A DNA stretch of 64,000 nt from Pedosphaera sp. (GTDB lineage: Bacteria; Verrucomicrobiota; Verrucomicrobiia; Limisphaerales; SXQI01): NCBI GenBank assembly GCA_025359965.1, contig JANYDC010000149.1:23616-87615 (forward strand). Reading direction: 5' to 3'. Position 1 is the stretch's first letter, and each line of letters begins with the position of its first letter. Below, one piece after another: positions 1 to 9,805 of the stretch. The notes under the pieces were generated by a model, which saw only the letters and a program-made list of their open reading frames with translations, searched no databases and had not been told where the DNA came from. Both the position numbers and the translations under genes were made by a program.

Positions 1-305
1 CTGCCCAGTGCATCGGAGATACTCGCGTAACTGGCCCCCGCAATCGCGGACCCGCCCTCGCCCAGCATTACGTTAAAATACCCGGCGGAAACGAGAACAT
101 TGTAGGACCCGCCCCAGAGGAATGCGGTGCCGGTGGCGGCGTTGTAGATTTTGAACTGAACTGAATAGGTGCCATCCGAAACCGCGCTGCCGGAGGCGTT
201 GAGGAGTTTACCCTGGTAGTTGACCACGTTGGGCACGTCAGAGATGGCATGAACCGCCGTGCCGGAGAGCAATAATCCGAGGAATAATGCGAGGATGAGT
301 TTCAT
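1..305 (-). CDS. Secreted protein, N-terminal fragment (gene continues past the left edge)
   Basis: Missing from the ORF track because it runs off the edge. Reverse-strand ATG at 303-305, then MKLILALFLGLLLSGTAVHA/ISDVPNVVNYQGKLLNASGSAVSDGTYSVQFKIYNAATGTAFLWGG..., open to position 1. Clear signal peptide. The NYQGKL...FKIYNAATG module resembles N-termini of tail-fibre-like secreted proteins (recollection only). Confidence 0.5.
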   Translation of the reverse strand, partial: MKLILALFLGLLLSGTAVHAISDVPNVVNYQGKLLNASGSAVSDGTYSVQFKIYNAATGTAFLWGGSYNVLVSAGYFNVMLGEGGSAIAGASYASISDALG

Positions 306-324
306 AGTTGCTTGGGCTGAGAAA

Positions 325-2826
325 TTAAAAAAGGTTGGGGTCCTGACTGACGCGTGTGAGTTCAAACGAACCACCCACCGTAATGGCCTGTTTGCGCAGG
401 CCGGTAATGGTCTCCTGATAAGCACCTTGAGCGGTTCCATAAGTCCAGAGAGGCACGCTTGGAGAAGAGCTCAAATCAATCAACTGACTGCCAGATGATG
501 TTATAGTGACGAGAGTCACCCCTTGGTTAACCACGTTGGTAGTCGCAGCGCTGCCCTGAAGGTTCAAAATGATCGATGATGCATCGAGCAACTGGGGAAC
601 GACCATGAGTTGCGGAACGTTTTGATAAGAGAGCGCTCCATTCCGCACCACTAAATCATGAAGCTCGCCCACGAAGCTGGGGGTTCCGCTCGCAGCGCTG
701 TTGCCCACGTAGAGTGAACTCCAGGCTCCTGAAGGCAGCGCAGGCAGATATCCACCACCCGAAACCACTCCATTGATATAAAGCGTGCCGTACGATCCAT
801 CGTAAGTGATGGCTATGTTTGCCCAAACACCCACCGGCAGGGCATTCGTCGCTTGAATTTGTACGGGTGATAAATTGGTGCCAACCGTCAGCGCCAGAGT
901 GCCGGTGTTATTGACGAAGGCAACCTTGAACTGAGTGTTCGAATTCGTCAAAAGCATGATAGTCGCCCCGTTTTGTCGGTTTGTGGCCATATTCAACCAG
1001 AACTGCACAGAAAGACTGGTGGTGTTGGTGAAGGCACTGGTCTTGACATACTCGCCATTGGTACCTGTGAACTTCAGCGCAGGGACGCCAGGAGAATAAC
1101 TGCTCCCGCCTGATTGGATCGTGTCTCCAAAATAAAACCTGACGTTTCGACTGATATCGAAGGACTCCTGGCCTCCGACCAAAGGCGTTTTAAAATCCTC
1201 CGCCAAGTTGTTGTGATCAGGATGAAACTTGTGAACGAATGGATTCAGCGGATCGTTAAACGGAATGTTCAAAGTCGCGGTCAAATTCGAGCCAAAATAA
1301 CCGGTCATGGCGGCAGGAGCGGCTCCCGGCCAGCTTGGTGCGCTCACGCGTGATTTAAGGATGGCACCTGCCGGCAGGTTCGTCAGACTGCGGTACATCT
1401 TCGTGGAACGATTGGTTCCGTCTGAAACATCTGCGAAAAAGACTTGTTGGACCAACCGGGAAACGCCGTTCGAATCCACGTGAAGCAGCACCCGGGTATC
1501 CAACGGTGTGGCTGCAACCAGAGGAAACTGAGTAGCACTGGGGTTGTTGCTTTGGGCAAACCCTGGAATATTGACAGCATTGAGGGTCAATGTCCCAACC
1601 CACAATCCCTCACTCTGAGTCACTGGTAAGGCCGTGGCTGAAGATGGGTTATCAGCCTGCGCCTGCAACTGAACTGAACCGGACCTAGCCAAGAGACTGC
1701 CCATGCGGGAGAAAAGCTTGCTCCCCGGCACCTCGGCCATCACCGGCACTAGTTGACGATAGCCATGTGTTTTTTCCGTCACTTCAATCAACGCTTGGTA
1801 GGTCGCGTTGGTGTTCGAGGTTAGATTCAGCTGTGTGACCAACAAACCCAGCCGCAATTGCAGTTTTTGACCGGCTGCCAAGGTCACATCAAGACCATCA
1901 ACCAAGCTTCGCGGAGTCAACGAACCGTCTGCACTCGGTACTAAAGCGACTATAGGCACAGTTCCCGCCCGGGCAGGCTGATTGGTCGGCGCGAATTCCG
2001 AATCAATCAATCTTAAATGGAGCACCTGATTGGTGGTGGCAACCGCATTAAACAAAGTGATGCTCGATACGATTTTATCTTGAATGAACTCTACGGAATT
2101 TCGTTCTCCCGCCGCGATCACCTGAAATGGATAAGGACTGGCTGTGTGCCCTGACAGATAAGCCCAGTAAGCCCTGCCCGGCAGGATCACAGTGCGCTCG
2201 GGATTACGTATCTGGGTTTCAAATGAAGTGGAGGGATTAATTGAAAACAGCCCCGAGTTTGAGCCCGGAATTGCGGAAACCTGGGGAGTGTCCTTCAACA
2301 TTTGGTAAAAAGAAATGCCGCCCGTCTCCGCCACCGGAAAACCGGCAAGGACTACGTCACCTGGAATCCAGTCATTGCGCGGTTGCGCTGGCATCCCCTT
2401 GATGTGAATCGTCATCGGCGGGGCATTCGAGGCGAGCTTAATCAGGTATGACTGACCACCGCGCAACTGGGACAAAGTGCTTAGAAAATTCTTGGAGCCA
2501 TTCTTTGTGAACCAAGTCAGCCAATGGTCCTGACCAAGCGCGGGCTGCCCGGGATTGCTGGTAAAGGTGGAAGTCTGCAAATAGCGATTGTACATCCAGA
2601 CCTCGCTAATCTGCAGAATCCCGCCAAAGAGAACGTCGGGGGATGGATCTGCAGGCGTGACTTGCAGATAGACTGGATTGAACCCGGGAACTAACCGGAT
2701 ATCCTGTGTGACCCATTGCGCTCGGCTGGCCAGAGGTAGGAACACTAGGAATGAAACGAGAGCAAGGAAGGCCCGCAGCTTCCCGTGATAAAACGCCTGT
2801 GCGCATGATTTACGTCGGTGACACAT
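325..2826 (-). CDS. Secreted LamG (concanavalin A-like lectin) domain protein, 833 aa
   Basis: Signal peptide (LRAFLALVSFLVFLPLASRAQW). The C-terminal ~190 aa carry a Laminin_G_3-like signature (LSVQFWLNMATN...WANIAITYDGSYGTLYINGV...FVGELHDLVVRNGALS). I could not assign the N-terminal ~600 aa. Confidence 0.7.
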   Translation of the reverse strand: MCHRRKSCAQAFYHGKLRAFLALVSFLVFLPLASRAQWVTQDIRLVPGFNPVYLQVTPADPSPDVLFGGILQISEVWMYNRYLQTSTFTSNPGQPALGQDHWLTWFTKNGSKNFLSTLSQLRGGQSYLIKLASNAPPMTIHIKGMPAQPRNDWIPGDVVLAGFPVAETGGISFYQMLKDTPQVSAIPGSNSGLFSINPSTSFETQIRNPERTVILPGRAYWAYLSGHTASPYPFQVIAAGERNSVEFIQDKIVSSITLFNAVATTNQVLHLRLIDSEFAPTNQPARAGTVPIVALVPSADGSLTPRSLVDGLDVTLAAGQKLQLRLGLLVTQLNLTSNTNATYQALIEVTEKTHGYRQLVPVMAEVPGSKLFSRMGSLLARSGSVQLQAQADNPSSATALPVTQSEGLWVGTLTLNAVNIPGFAQSNNPSATQFPLVAATPLDTRVLLHVDSNGVSRLVQQVFFADVSDGTNRSTKMYRSLTNLPAGAILKSRVSAPSWPGAAPAAMTGYFGSNLTATLNIPFNDPLNPFVHKFHPDHNNLAEDFKTPLVGGQESFDISRNVRFYFGDTIQSGGSSYSPGVPALKFTGTNGEYVKTSAFTNTTSLSVQFWLNMATNRQNGATIMLLTNSNTQFKVAFVNNTGTLALTVGTNLSPVQIQATNALPVGVWANIAITYDGSYGTLYINGVVSGGGYLPALPSGAWSSLYVGNSAASGTPSFVGELHDLVVRNGALSYQNVPQLMVVPQLLDASSIILNLQGSAATTNVVNQGVTLVTITSSGSQLIDLSSSPSVPLWTYGTAQGAYQETITGLRKQAITVGGSFELTRVSQDPNLF

Positions 2827-3530
2827 TATGGTCGGCTCAAAGCTCGTTATTACAAGAGTTATCGGAGGTTCACAGAAGGCGCGAGATCACTAAATAACCC
2901 CGCCATTCGGCGCGCGGTGAATGAAGACGCGAGACAAAAAAGGCTTCCGTTCACAAATCCATCCTTTGACTCCACTTTCAATACCGACCTCCTAACCCAA
3001 GCCTACTCATCGGACACTTCTGCCCAAACTTGAGTCAAAATCGGGACGCTGAAGGAAGGCTATCCTTATGGCCAACTTTCAAATGAAGATGTTGAGGTAA
3101 CGGTGAATTGTTGACGCGGATAAGGGGTGGGCACCGCTGATGAATTTCTTCCTGCCCAGCCTTATACCCAACGTTAAAGAACACGAAAAAACGATTGGAA
3201 GAAAAATTAAGAAACCGCACTCATACCTACCTTTGGCCGCCGAGAAAGAGCCCAGACCCACCGCTTATGTGAACTGCGGAAATAGTGGAAAACGGTGTTC
3301 AACCAAGCGTGGAAAAGCTTGAGCGGGCCGTAAAACGGGAAAAGGAGGAGTAGCACTTCAAAATTTCGGCCCCGCTAAAAATAAGCAAGCAACAGAATCA
3401 TGGCTCCTGGAGGAAAAAAAGAGGTCAATCCCTACACATAGATTTAATCTAATTCGAGGAGACGGTGAACAGCCAGAACCTCACCATCCTCGATACGAAT
3501 TCCAACTCTGGGTAAAGTTCTGGCTAGCGC

Positions 3531-5405
3531 CTATTCCTCGGACGTTCCATCCACGGCTTTTTCAAGTTCCGCTAACGAAGTGGAGGCTTCCTCCCAGCGT
3601 GCGGTGCAGGTTTCTAATTCATCAGCAAGATCGGCCATTTCACGATTGATCCGCATCGCTTCGCCGGGCTTGTTGTAGGTGTCAGGGTGCTCAAGCACCT
3701 TGGTCAGTTCGGCCTGTTTGGTTTCTAGAGCTTGAACCTGCTTTTCAAGGACGTGTATTTTTTGGCGCGCGTCCTTGGTCTTTGAACCGCGTTGCTGGCG
3801 TTCTTCGGCCTCTGCACGTTTTTGCTCTTTCGTTTTAGCTGGCCGGGGAACCACAACTGGCGCAGCGGGCCGGTTAGTTGATGTCAATGCAACACGGGCG
3901 TTGGTAGCCTTGATCACTTCCAAATAATACTGATAATCTCCCGCATACTTGGTCAATTTCCCGGCGTTGACATGGACCACGCGATTGCCCAAAGCCCTGA
4001 TGAAATAGACATCGTGGCTGATGAAAATGAGGGTGCCCTCATATTGTTTGAGAGCCTCAACCAAGGCATCGATGCTGGCCATGTCCAAGTGCGTGGTGGG
4101 CTCGTCCATCAGCAGCAGGTTTGGCGGATCGAGCAGAATTTTAACCAGTGCAAGGCGACTTTTCTCACCACCGCTTAGAACCGATACCTTCTTAAAGACA
4201 TCATCCCCACGGAACAGGAAGGAGCCGAGCAGTGTGCGGATCGATTGTTCGGTGATGCGTTGCGGAGTATCTAAAGCCTCCTGCAGCACGGTGTTGGACA
4301 TAGTTAGTGTATCCCCACGGTACTGGGCAAAGTAACCCGCATTCACATTGTGACCCAGAATGCGTTCTCCCTGCTGTGGCACGAGCACTCCGGCCAGAAT
4401 TTTGAGCAGAGTTGATTTGCCAGACCCGTTAGGACCGACCAAGACAATCTTCTCGCCGCGCTCGGATTGGAAATCCATTCCCTCGTACACTTTGTTGGCA
4501 CCATAGGACAGATGAATGTTCTTGAGATCAATGGCACGCAGACCGGAGCGTTGGGGCTGCGGGAAAGAAAACCCGATGGTGGGCCCAGCCGACTCGGGAG
4601 CCTCGATTTTTTCCATGCGCTCAATCTGCTTGAGCTTGCTCTGAGCCTGGGCAGCTTTGCTGGCTTTTGCACGAAAACGGACCACGAAATCCATGAGGTG
4701 CTCGATCTCGCGCTGCTGATTTTTATAAGCAGCCAACTGCTGGGCTTCCTGGGCCGCTTTTTGCACTAGGAAGGTGTCGTAATTGCCACGGTATTGGATG
4801 AGCTTTTGCTGACGAATCTCAACGATTGACCCCACCAATTCGTTGAGGAACTCGCGGTCATGCGAAATCAAGAGAATCGCACCGTCGTAACCTTGAAGGT
4901 ATTCCTGAAACCATATGAGGGTCTCCAGATCCAGATGGTTGGTTGGTTCGTCCAACATCAGGAGATCGGGCTCCTCGACCAGCAACCGGGCCAGATGAGC
5001 GCGCATCACCCAACCGCCGCTCAACTCGCGCGCTGGACGCAGGAAATCCTTCTCCTTAAAACCCAGGCCTGACAACAGCCGCTTGGCCTTGGCTTCGCGC
5101 TCAAAATCAAAATGCGCCTCGTCATGCTCATGAGTGCCGGGAGGGATGGTGGCGATGTGCAACACCGTCTCGTCCCCCACTGGCGCACTTTCCTGCGGCA
5201 GAAAGCCGACGCGGACACCACGCTGGAAAATCACCTGGCCATCATCCGGCGACTCAGTGCCCAGAATCATATTGAAAAGCGTTGATTTACCCGCACCGTT
5301 TGGGCCGACGAGGCCAATTCGGTCCTCACGATTTACCTGCAGAATGGCCTCTTCGAGGAGTGTCCTGCCTCCAAATGATTTACTGATACCTGAGATGGTC
5401 AACAT
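3531..5405 (-). CDS. ABC-F family ATPase (soluble, two ABC domains plus C-terminal coiled coil)
   Basis: Two Walker A motifs (GPNGAGKST, GPNGSGKST) and two signature motifs (LSGGWVMR, LSGGEKSR). No TM segments. Lys/Glu-rich C-terminal tail. Confidence 0.85.
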   Translation of the reverse strand: MLTISGISKSFGGRTLLEEAILQVNREDRIGLVGPNGAGKSTLFNMILGTESPDDGQVIFQRGVRVGFLPQESAPVGDETVLHIATIPPGTHEHDEAHFDFEREAKAKRLLSGLGFKEKDFLRPARELSGGWVMRAHLARLLVEEPDLLMLDEPTNHLDLETLIWFQEYLQGYDGAILLISHDREFLNELVGSIVEIRQQKLIQYRGNYDTFLVQKAAQEAQQLAAYKNQQREIEHLMDFVVRFRAKASKAAQAQSKLKQIERMEKIEAPESAGPTIGFSFPQPQRSGLRAIDLKNIHLSYGANKVYEGMDFQSERGEKIVLVGPNGSGKSTLLKILAGVLVPQQGERILGHNVNAGYFAQYRGDTLTMSNTVLQEALDTPQRITEQSIRTLLGSFLFRGDDVFKKVSVLSGGEKSRLALVKILLDPPNLLLMDEPTTHLDMASIDALVEALKQYEGTLIFISHDVYFIRALGNRVVHVNAGKLTKYAGDYQYYLEVIKATNARVALTSTNRPAAPVVVPRPAKTKEQKRAEAEERQQRGSKTKDARQKIHVLEKQVQALETKQAELTKVLEHPDTYNKPGEAMRINREMADLADELETCTARWEEASTSLAELEKAVDGTSEE

Positions 5406-5485
5406 GGCTGAAAGGGTTGGTGGGGCTGTCTTAAATGAACAACGGCAGATGATAACATCTGCCGTTGGGGTGCGTGAAAATAGAG

Positions 5486-6826
5486 TTAAGCGGCGGAGGA
5501 ATCGCTGGGCGGCTGTGCTTTGGTGAAAACCGCCTGAGCACCATTCGCGGCCGCCCGTGGCGAGTTAATGGCCGCTTTGGCTTCAGCAAGGTGTCCCTTG
5601 CCGATTGAAACACCATTGTAAGCCATGACGTTACGTCCAGCCAGGTAGGGTTTTGGCTTCGCGCCAAAATTGTATGCGATGTTCTTCCAAGTATCGCCGA
5701 ATTTGGAATTGGTACCTAGGGCGCCGCTCGGATCGTAACCGCAGTGAACCATGCAATTCTCGCAACGCGGATCGCGGGCCACACCATCCACCACGCCGTA
5801 TTTTTCCCAATCAACTTTGGTCAACATCTCCTGATAGCCGGAGTAATGACCATCGGTCATCAAATAGCAGGGCGCTTTCCAACCTTGGACATTGCGGGTT
5901 GGGATGGCCCAGGCCGTGCAGGTCAACTCGCGCTTGCCCGCCAAAAATTCCTGATAAACCGGCGTGCCGAATATGGTGAACCGCTCGCCCCATTTCTGAA
6001 TGTCTTTGAATTTCGCACGGGTCATGGCTCGAGTTAGGAAGAAATCCTCGGGTTGGCGGCCCAACCGTTTAACCATGTCCTTCTTGGCCGCGTCGTAATC
6101 GTACCCTGGAGAAATGGTGTGACCGTCGACTTCGAGCGACGAGAAAAACTCGAACATCTGCTCAAGTTCCTTAACGTCGGTTTCCTTGTAGACGGTGGTG
6201 TTGGTGGCCACCTGATAGCCAAGCACTTTGGCCATGCGGATAGCTTCGACGCATTCGCGGAAAACGCCTTCGCGCTCAACGATCAGATCATGGGTGTACT
6301 CAAGGCCGTCGATATGAACGTTCCAGTACATCCAGCGCGAAGGCTTAATCACGACCTTGCCCGCCACCGTGCCCTTGCGGATGATTTGGGCGTCCTTTTC
6401 AGAAATCAACTTGTTGGACAGCAACTGGACGATGGTGGGCTCCATGGCTGCCGAATAGGCGTCGGCCATGTAATCCTTCATTTTTTTCCGCATGAAAACA
6501 CCGTTCGTGCAGACGTAGACTAGCCGCCCCTGTTTTAGGATGCCGTCGATCAGTTCCTCGATCTTCGGGTAGATCAGGGGTTCTCCGCCGCAGATGGAGA
6601 CCATCGGCGCATCGCACTCAACGGCAGAGGCGAGACAATCCTCCAGCGGCATCATGTCCTTGAGGCTCGTGGAGTATTCGCGGATGCGGCCGCATCCTGT
6701 GCAGGTGAGGTTGCAGGTATGGAGCGGTTCCAATTGCAACACCAGCGCAAACTTGGGGGTTCGCGCCAACTTATGTTTGATGATGTGACGGGCTATCTTG
6801 ACCGTCGGGGCAAGTGGAAAACGCAT
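5486..6826 (-). CDS. Radical SAM protein of the HpnH / DUF3463 family (adenosyl-hopene transferase-like)
   Basis: CNLTCTGCG (CxxxCxxC) after an HpnH-like N-terminus (KIARHIIKHKL..FALVLQLEPLHTCNL). Cys-rich C-terminal domain (CTAW..CYL..CENCMVHCGYD). Relative to canonical HpnH as I remember it, there is an apparent extra segment at about aa 118-163. Confidence 0.65.
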   Translation of the reverse strand: MRFPLAPTVKIARHIIKHKLARTPKFALVLQLEPLHTCNLTCTGCGRIREYSTSLKDMMPLEDCLASAVECDAPMVSICGGEPLIYPKIEELIDGILKQGRLVYVCTNGVFMRKKMKDYMADAYSAAMEPTIVQLLSNKLISEKDAQIIRKGTVAGKVVIKPSRWMYWNVHIDGLEYTHDLIVEREGVFRECVEAIRMAKVLGYQVATNTTVYKETDVKELEQMFEFFSSLEVDGHTISPGYDYDAAKKDMVKRLGRQPEDFFLTRAMTRAKFKDIQKWGERFTIFGTPVYQEFLAGKRELTCTAWAIPTRNVQGWKAPCYLMTDGHYSGYQEMLTKVDWEKYGVVDGVARDPRCENCMVHCGYDPSGALGTNSKFGDTWKNIAYNFGAKPKPYLAGRNVMAYNGVSIGKGHLAEAKAAINSPRAAANGAQAVFTKAQPPSDSSAA

Positions 6827-6840
6827 ACTTTAAATCTTGA

Positions 6841-7068
6841 TCAAGGAATCACTGGCGAAAGACTTGCGCCGGTGGTCGAAGCTAAAAGCAGCTTCGCTGG
6901 AATAGTGATGAACCCTTCATTATTCTTCGGCTGGGGCTCTAAGCTTCCGATGCCTGGCAGAAAAAATGTGGCTGGAGACACTGAGTGAGATCCACTCAAG
7001 CCACCGCAACCCGTTGCGCACACAACGAGCAACGCGGCTATTGCCAAAAGCGCTTGTTTCCGGTTCAT
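6841..7068 (-). CDS. Small lipoprotein (75 aa), function unknown
   Basis: Internal ATG at 7066-7068 preceded by AAAGGAAAA. MNRKQALLAIAALLVVCATGC is a signal peptide plus lipobox. The stop lies 14 nt before the radical SAM start. The longer ORF-track version (to 7227) has an Arg/Gly/His-rich extension that does not look like protein. Confidence 0.55.
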   Translation of the reverse strand: MNRKQALLAIAALLVVCATGCGGLSGSHSVSPATFFLPGIGSLEPQPKNNEGFITIPAKLLLASTTGASLSPVIP

Positions 7069-7092
7069 TTTCCTTTGCTTAGTATAGATTGG

Positions 7093-7878
7093 ATGACCAT
7101 GCCCGCAACAACTAATTCTTCTTTGAGAATCCGCGTGGGGATGTTGTCGATATTTGGGATGCTCACCCTGGCGAACACTTGGGGCCAACCTGCCACGTCC
7201 TCCACCAACACCCCCAGCAGTTTGCACTCCAAGGCCTTACGCAACGTGGATGATTGCCGCGAGGTCCTCAAAACCAATGCAACCACCATAACGAGGATCA
7301 AGTTCGCCAAAGAAGCCTTCCTGTTAGGAGATATCACGACCGATTCCGCTGAACGCGAGTCGGTTGCATTAGAGGGAATTGAGACGGCCCGCGCTGTTTT
7401 ATCGACCACCAATCTGGCAGCCGGAAATTATTACCTCGCCCTCAACCTCGGCGAGCTTGCCCGAACCCGAACCTTGACCGCGATTAGTCTGATCAAACAA
7501 ATGGAGCAGCATTTCAAAGAGGCCATCCGACTTGATGAAACTTATGACAACGGTGGCCCTCACCGGCACCTCGGCAACTTGTATCTTGAGGCACCGGGCT
7601 GGCCGGTCAGTATAGGCAACCGTGCTAATGCGCGTCTCCATATCGAAAAAGCGTTGTTGCTTGCCCCCAAGTACCCGGAAAATCTTCTCCTCTACGCGGA
7701 AGCACTCGTTCGGTGGTCTGAATTTGATAAGGCACGACAGAAGGTCGCATCTCTCCAAGCCTTGCTCAGCAAAATGCGTGAAACCTTCGATAGGGATCAA
7801 TTTGCTCAACTTTGGGCTGACTGGCACTTACGCTTGGACGCAGTCCTCGGAAAATTGAGTCAATCCGGCACACCGTGA
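7093..7878 (+). CDS. Secreted helical-repeat (TPR-like, possibly TatT-like) protein
   Basis: ATG at 7093 (alternative at 7141), followed by the hydrophobic signal MLSIFGMLTLANTWG. Helical-repeat C-terminus (GGPHRHLGNLYLEAPGWP...HIEKALLLAPKYPENLLLYAEAL). The start is uncertain. Confidence 0.5.
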   Translation: MTMPATTNSSLRIRVGMLSIFGMLTLANTWGQPATSSTNTPSSLHSKALRNVDDCREVLKTNATTITRIKFAKEAFLLGDITTDSAERESVALEGIETARAVLSTTNLAAGNYYLALNLGELARTRTLTAISLIKQMEQHFKEAIRLDETYDNGGPHRHLGNLYLEAPGWPVSIGNRANARLHIEKALLLAPKYPENLLLYAEALVRWSEFDKARQKVASLQALLSKMRETFDRDQFAQLWADWHLRLDAVLGKLSQSGTP

Positions 7879-8384
7879 AATTTTTGATGAAAATTCAAGA
7901 AATGATCCCAAAAAGCCCATTCTTTCTATTCTGCCTTTTAACCTTAGGATGCGTAACACAAAAGGAGGAGGCCCCCCCTGCGAGCAAACTCAGACAACGA
8001 TCCGTCGTGGTCCAAAATGATCTGGCTCCCGGCACTCCCCGCGCTCCCCTGCCCGCTCCGGTGCCCATAGCTCCCGCCCCCGCCAAGAAACCCAAACGAG
8101 CACCTCGCACTGCCACCCCGGTCGCTGTGACTTTCCCACCCGTTCAAGCCATTACACTTTTGCGAGGCAAAGTGCTGTCCGCCAACGTCGACTTACATTT
8201 CGCGGTGGTTGATTTCACGATCAGTCATTTTCCCTCCATAGGCCAAAAACTTGGCATCTTCCGTAACAACTTAAAAATTGGGGAAATCCGCATGGGAGGA
8301 CCTTTTCAAAACGGCAACGGCGTCGGGGACATCATCGACGGCGAAGCACAAGTCGGTGACGAAGTTCGGGGGCTTGACCAATAG
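7875..8384 (+). CDS. Proline-rich lipoprotein, function unknown
   Basis: Lipobox FCLLTLGC, then a Pro/Ala-rich linker and a ~70-aa C-terminal beta-rich domain. The GTG start overlaps the upstream stop (GTGA at 7875-7878); ATG alternatives lie at 7887 and 7905. Confidence 0.5.
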   Translation: MKFLMKIQEMIPKSPFFLFCLLTLGCVTQKEEAPPASKLRQRSVVVQNDLAPGTPRAPLPAPVPIAPAPAKKPKRAPRTATPVAVTFPPVQAITLLRGKVLSANVDLHFAVVDFTISHFPSIGQKLGIFRNNLKIGEIRMGGPFQNGNGVGDIIDGEAQVGDEVRGLDQ

Positions 8385-8462
8385 GCTGACGACAGGATAT
8401 TCACATCCAGCCACCGGCAAGCAAACAGCGTTTTTGCGCGGACACGGTCATACTGATTAATT

Positions 8463-8891
8463 ATGCGACTTAATCCCTATCTCAATTTTAATGGCAGTTG
8501 TCAGACGGCCTTCGAGTTTTACGAGCGGCACCTCGGCGGCAAAATCGTGGCGATGAGGACTTTTGCTGACTCTCCGATGGCCGAAGAGGTGCCTTCCGAA
8601 TGGCGCGAAAAAATCCTACACGCACGATTACTGCTGGGGAAAGTGGCGCTGATGGGCGGTGACGAAATGCCCGAGGACTATATTGTGCCGCAGGGTTTCA
8701 ACGTGACGATAAACATCGATACCCCGGCCGAGGCTGAACGAATCTTCACAGCCTTGGCGCAGAAAGGGAAAATACGGATGCCACTCCAAGAGACATTCTG
8801 GGCGGTGCGCTTTGGAATGCTGGACGATCAATTCGGCATCCCGTGGATGATTAACTGCGAGTTAGCATCGGTTGAAAAAAGCAGTGCTTGA
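8463..8891 (+). CDS. VOC/glyoxalase-fold protein (PhnB/YjdN-like)
   Basis: MRLNPYLNFNGSCQTAFEFYERHLGG...LMGGD...ETFWAVRFGMLDDQFGIPWMIN is typical of the 3-demethylubiquinone-9 methyltransferase-like/PhnB family. Confidence 0.8.
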   Translation: MRLNPYLNFNGSCQTAFEFYERHLGGKIVAMRTFADSPMAEEVPSEWREKILHARLLLGKVALMGGDEMPEDYIVPQGFNVTINIDTPAEAERIFTALAQKGKIRMPLQETFWAVRFGMLDDQFGIPWMINCELASVEKSSA

Positions 8892-8903
8892 TAGCTGATT
8901 GGG

Positions 8904-9710
8904 TCAGAATGGAATCGGCGTCGTAATACGCTGGCGTTGATCAAATCGGCAATATTCTTTGAAGCCAGCGGCATAGGCGGCCTTCAATGCTTCTTTAAAA
9001 TTGATCCCCACTTCGGCAGGGGCATGAGCGTCGGAACCGAAAGTGAGACCTACTCCAGCTTGGGCAGCCATTTTGAGGAGGGATGGGCCAGGATAGAGTT
9101 CGCGGCACTCTTTTCGCAGGCCGGCAGTATTAATTTCCACGGCCACACCGTTGCTTGCGGCTGCATCGACAAACGGCTGGAACAATGGGGTGAGGTCGCG
9201 CTTGGGGATAAAACCAAATTTCTTGGGCAGATCAGCGTGGGCGATAATATCGAATAAACCAGATTTCGCGGCGGCGGTGAGTCGCTCGAAGTAAATCGAC
9301 CATACCTCCCAATGATCACGCTCACGCCATTGGGAAAGTTTGTAGGGGTTGTCGATATCCCAGGAATCGGAAACGTAATGCACCGCTCCGATAAGGTAAT
9401 CCCACCGATGCCGTCGGCTGAGATCGCCAATCCACTCCTCCTGACCGGGCAGGTAATCAACCTCCATCGCGAGCCGGATGGTCAACTGCGGAAATTCCCG
9501 CCGAGTCTCTTCAACCATGGCCACGTAGGTGTCGAGTTGATCGGCACGCATGCGCCAGTCGTCAAAGTCATCGCGGGCCATGGGGCTATGATCTGAGTAG
9601 CCGATCTCACTAAACCCCAAAGCCACAGCCTGCGCCGCATACTCACGTGGATGCCCCACAGCGTGGCGGCAGAGCGGCGTGTGCATGTGATAATCGACTA
9701 GCAGTCGCAT
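8904..9710 (-). CDS. Histidinol-phosphatase, HisJ family (PHP domain)
   Basis: The N-terminal DYHMHTPLCRHA metal-binding motif, GYSDHSP and a C-terminal GSDAH are all characteristic of PHP histidinol phosphatases. Confidence 0.8.
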   Translation of the reverse strand: MRLLVDYHMHTPLCRHAVGHPREYAAQAVALGFSEIGYSDHSPMARDDFDDWRMRADQLDTYVAMVEETRREFPQLTIRLAMEVDYLPGQEEWIGDLSRRHRWDYLIGAVHYVSDSWDIDNPYKLSQWRERDHWEVWSIYFERLTAAAKSGLFDIIAHADLPKKFGFIPKRDLTPLFQPFVDAAASNGVAVEINTAGLRKECRELYPGPSLLKMAAQAGVGLTFGSDAHAPAEVGINFKEALKAAYAAGFKEYCRFDQRQRITTPIPF

Positions 9711-9805
9711 GGTGGAAATTCAACCCCCGCATGGAAATTGAGGCAAGTGCCGAATGGAGGCTTACGAGAGAAAGAAAAAAACAATGAGGGAACCCCCAAG
9801 GGATG

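Noticed and set aside
3471-3525. The inverted repeat AGCCAGAAC/GTTCTGGCT just downstream of the ABC-F stop, as a terminator.
   Set aside because: It has a 37-nt loop and no U-tract on the transcribed strand, so it is not a canonical intrinsic terminator. It is mentioned only within the finding on the long gap.
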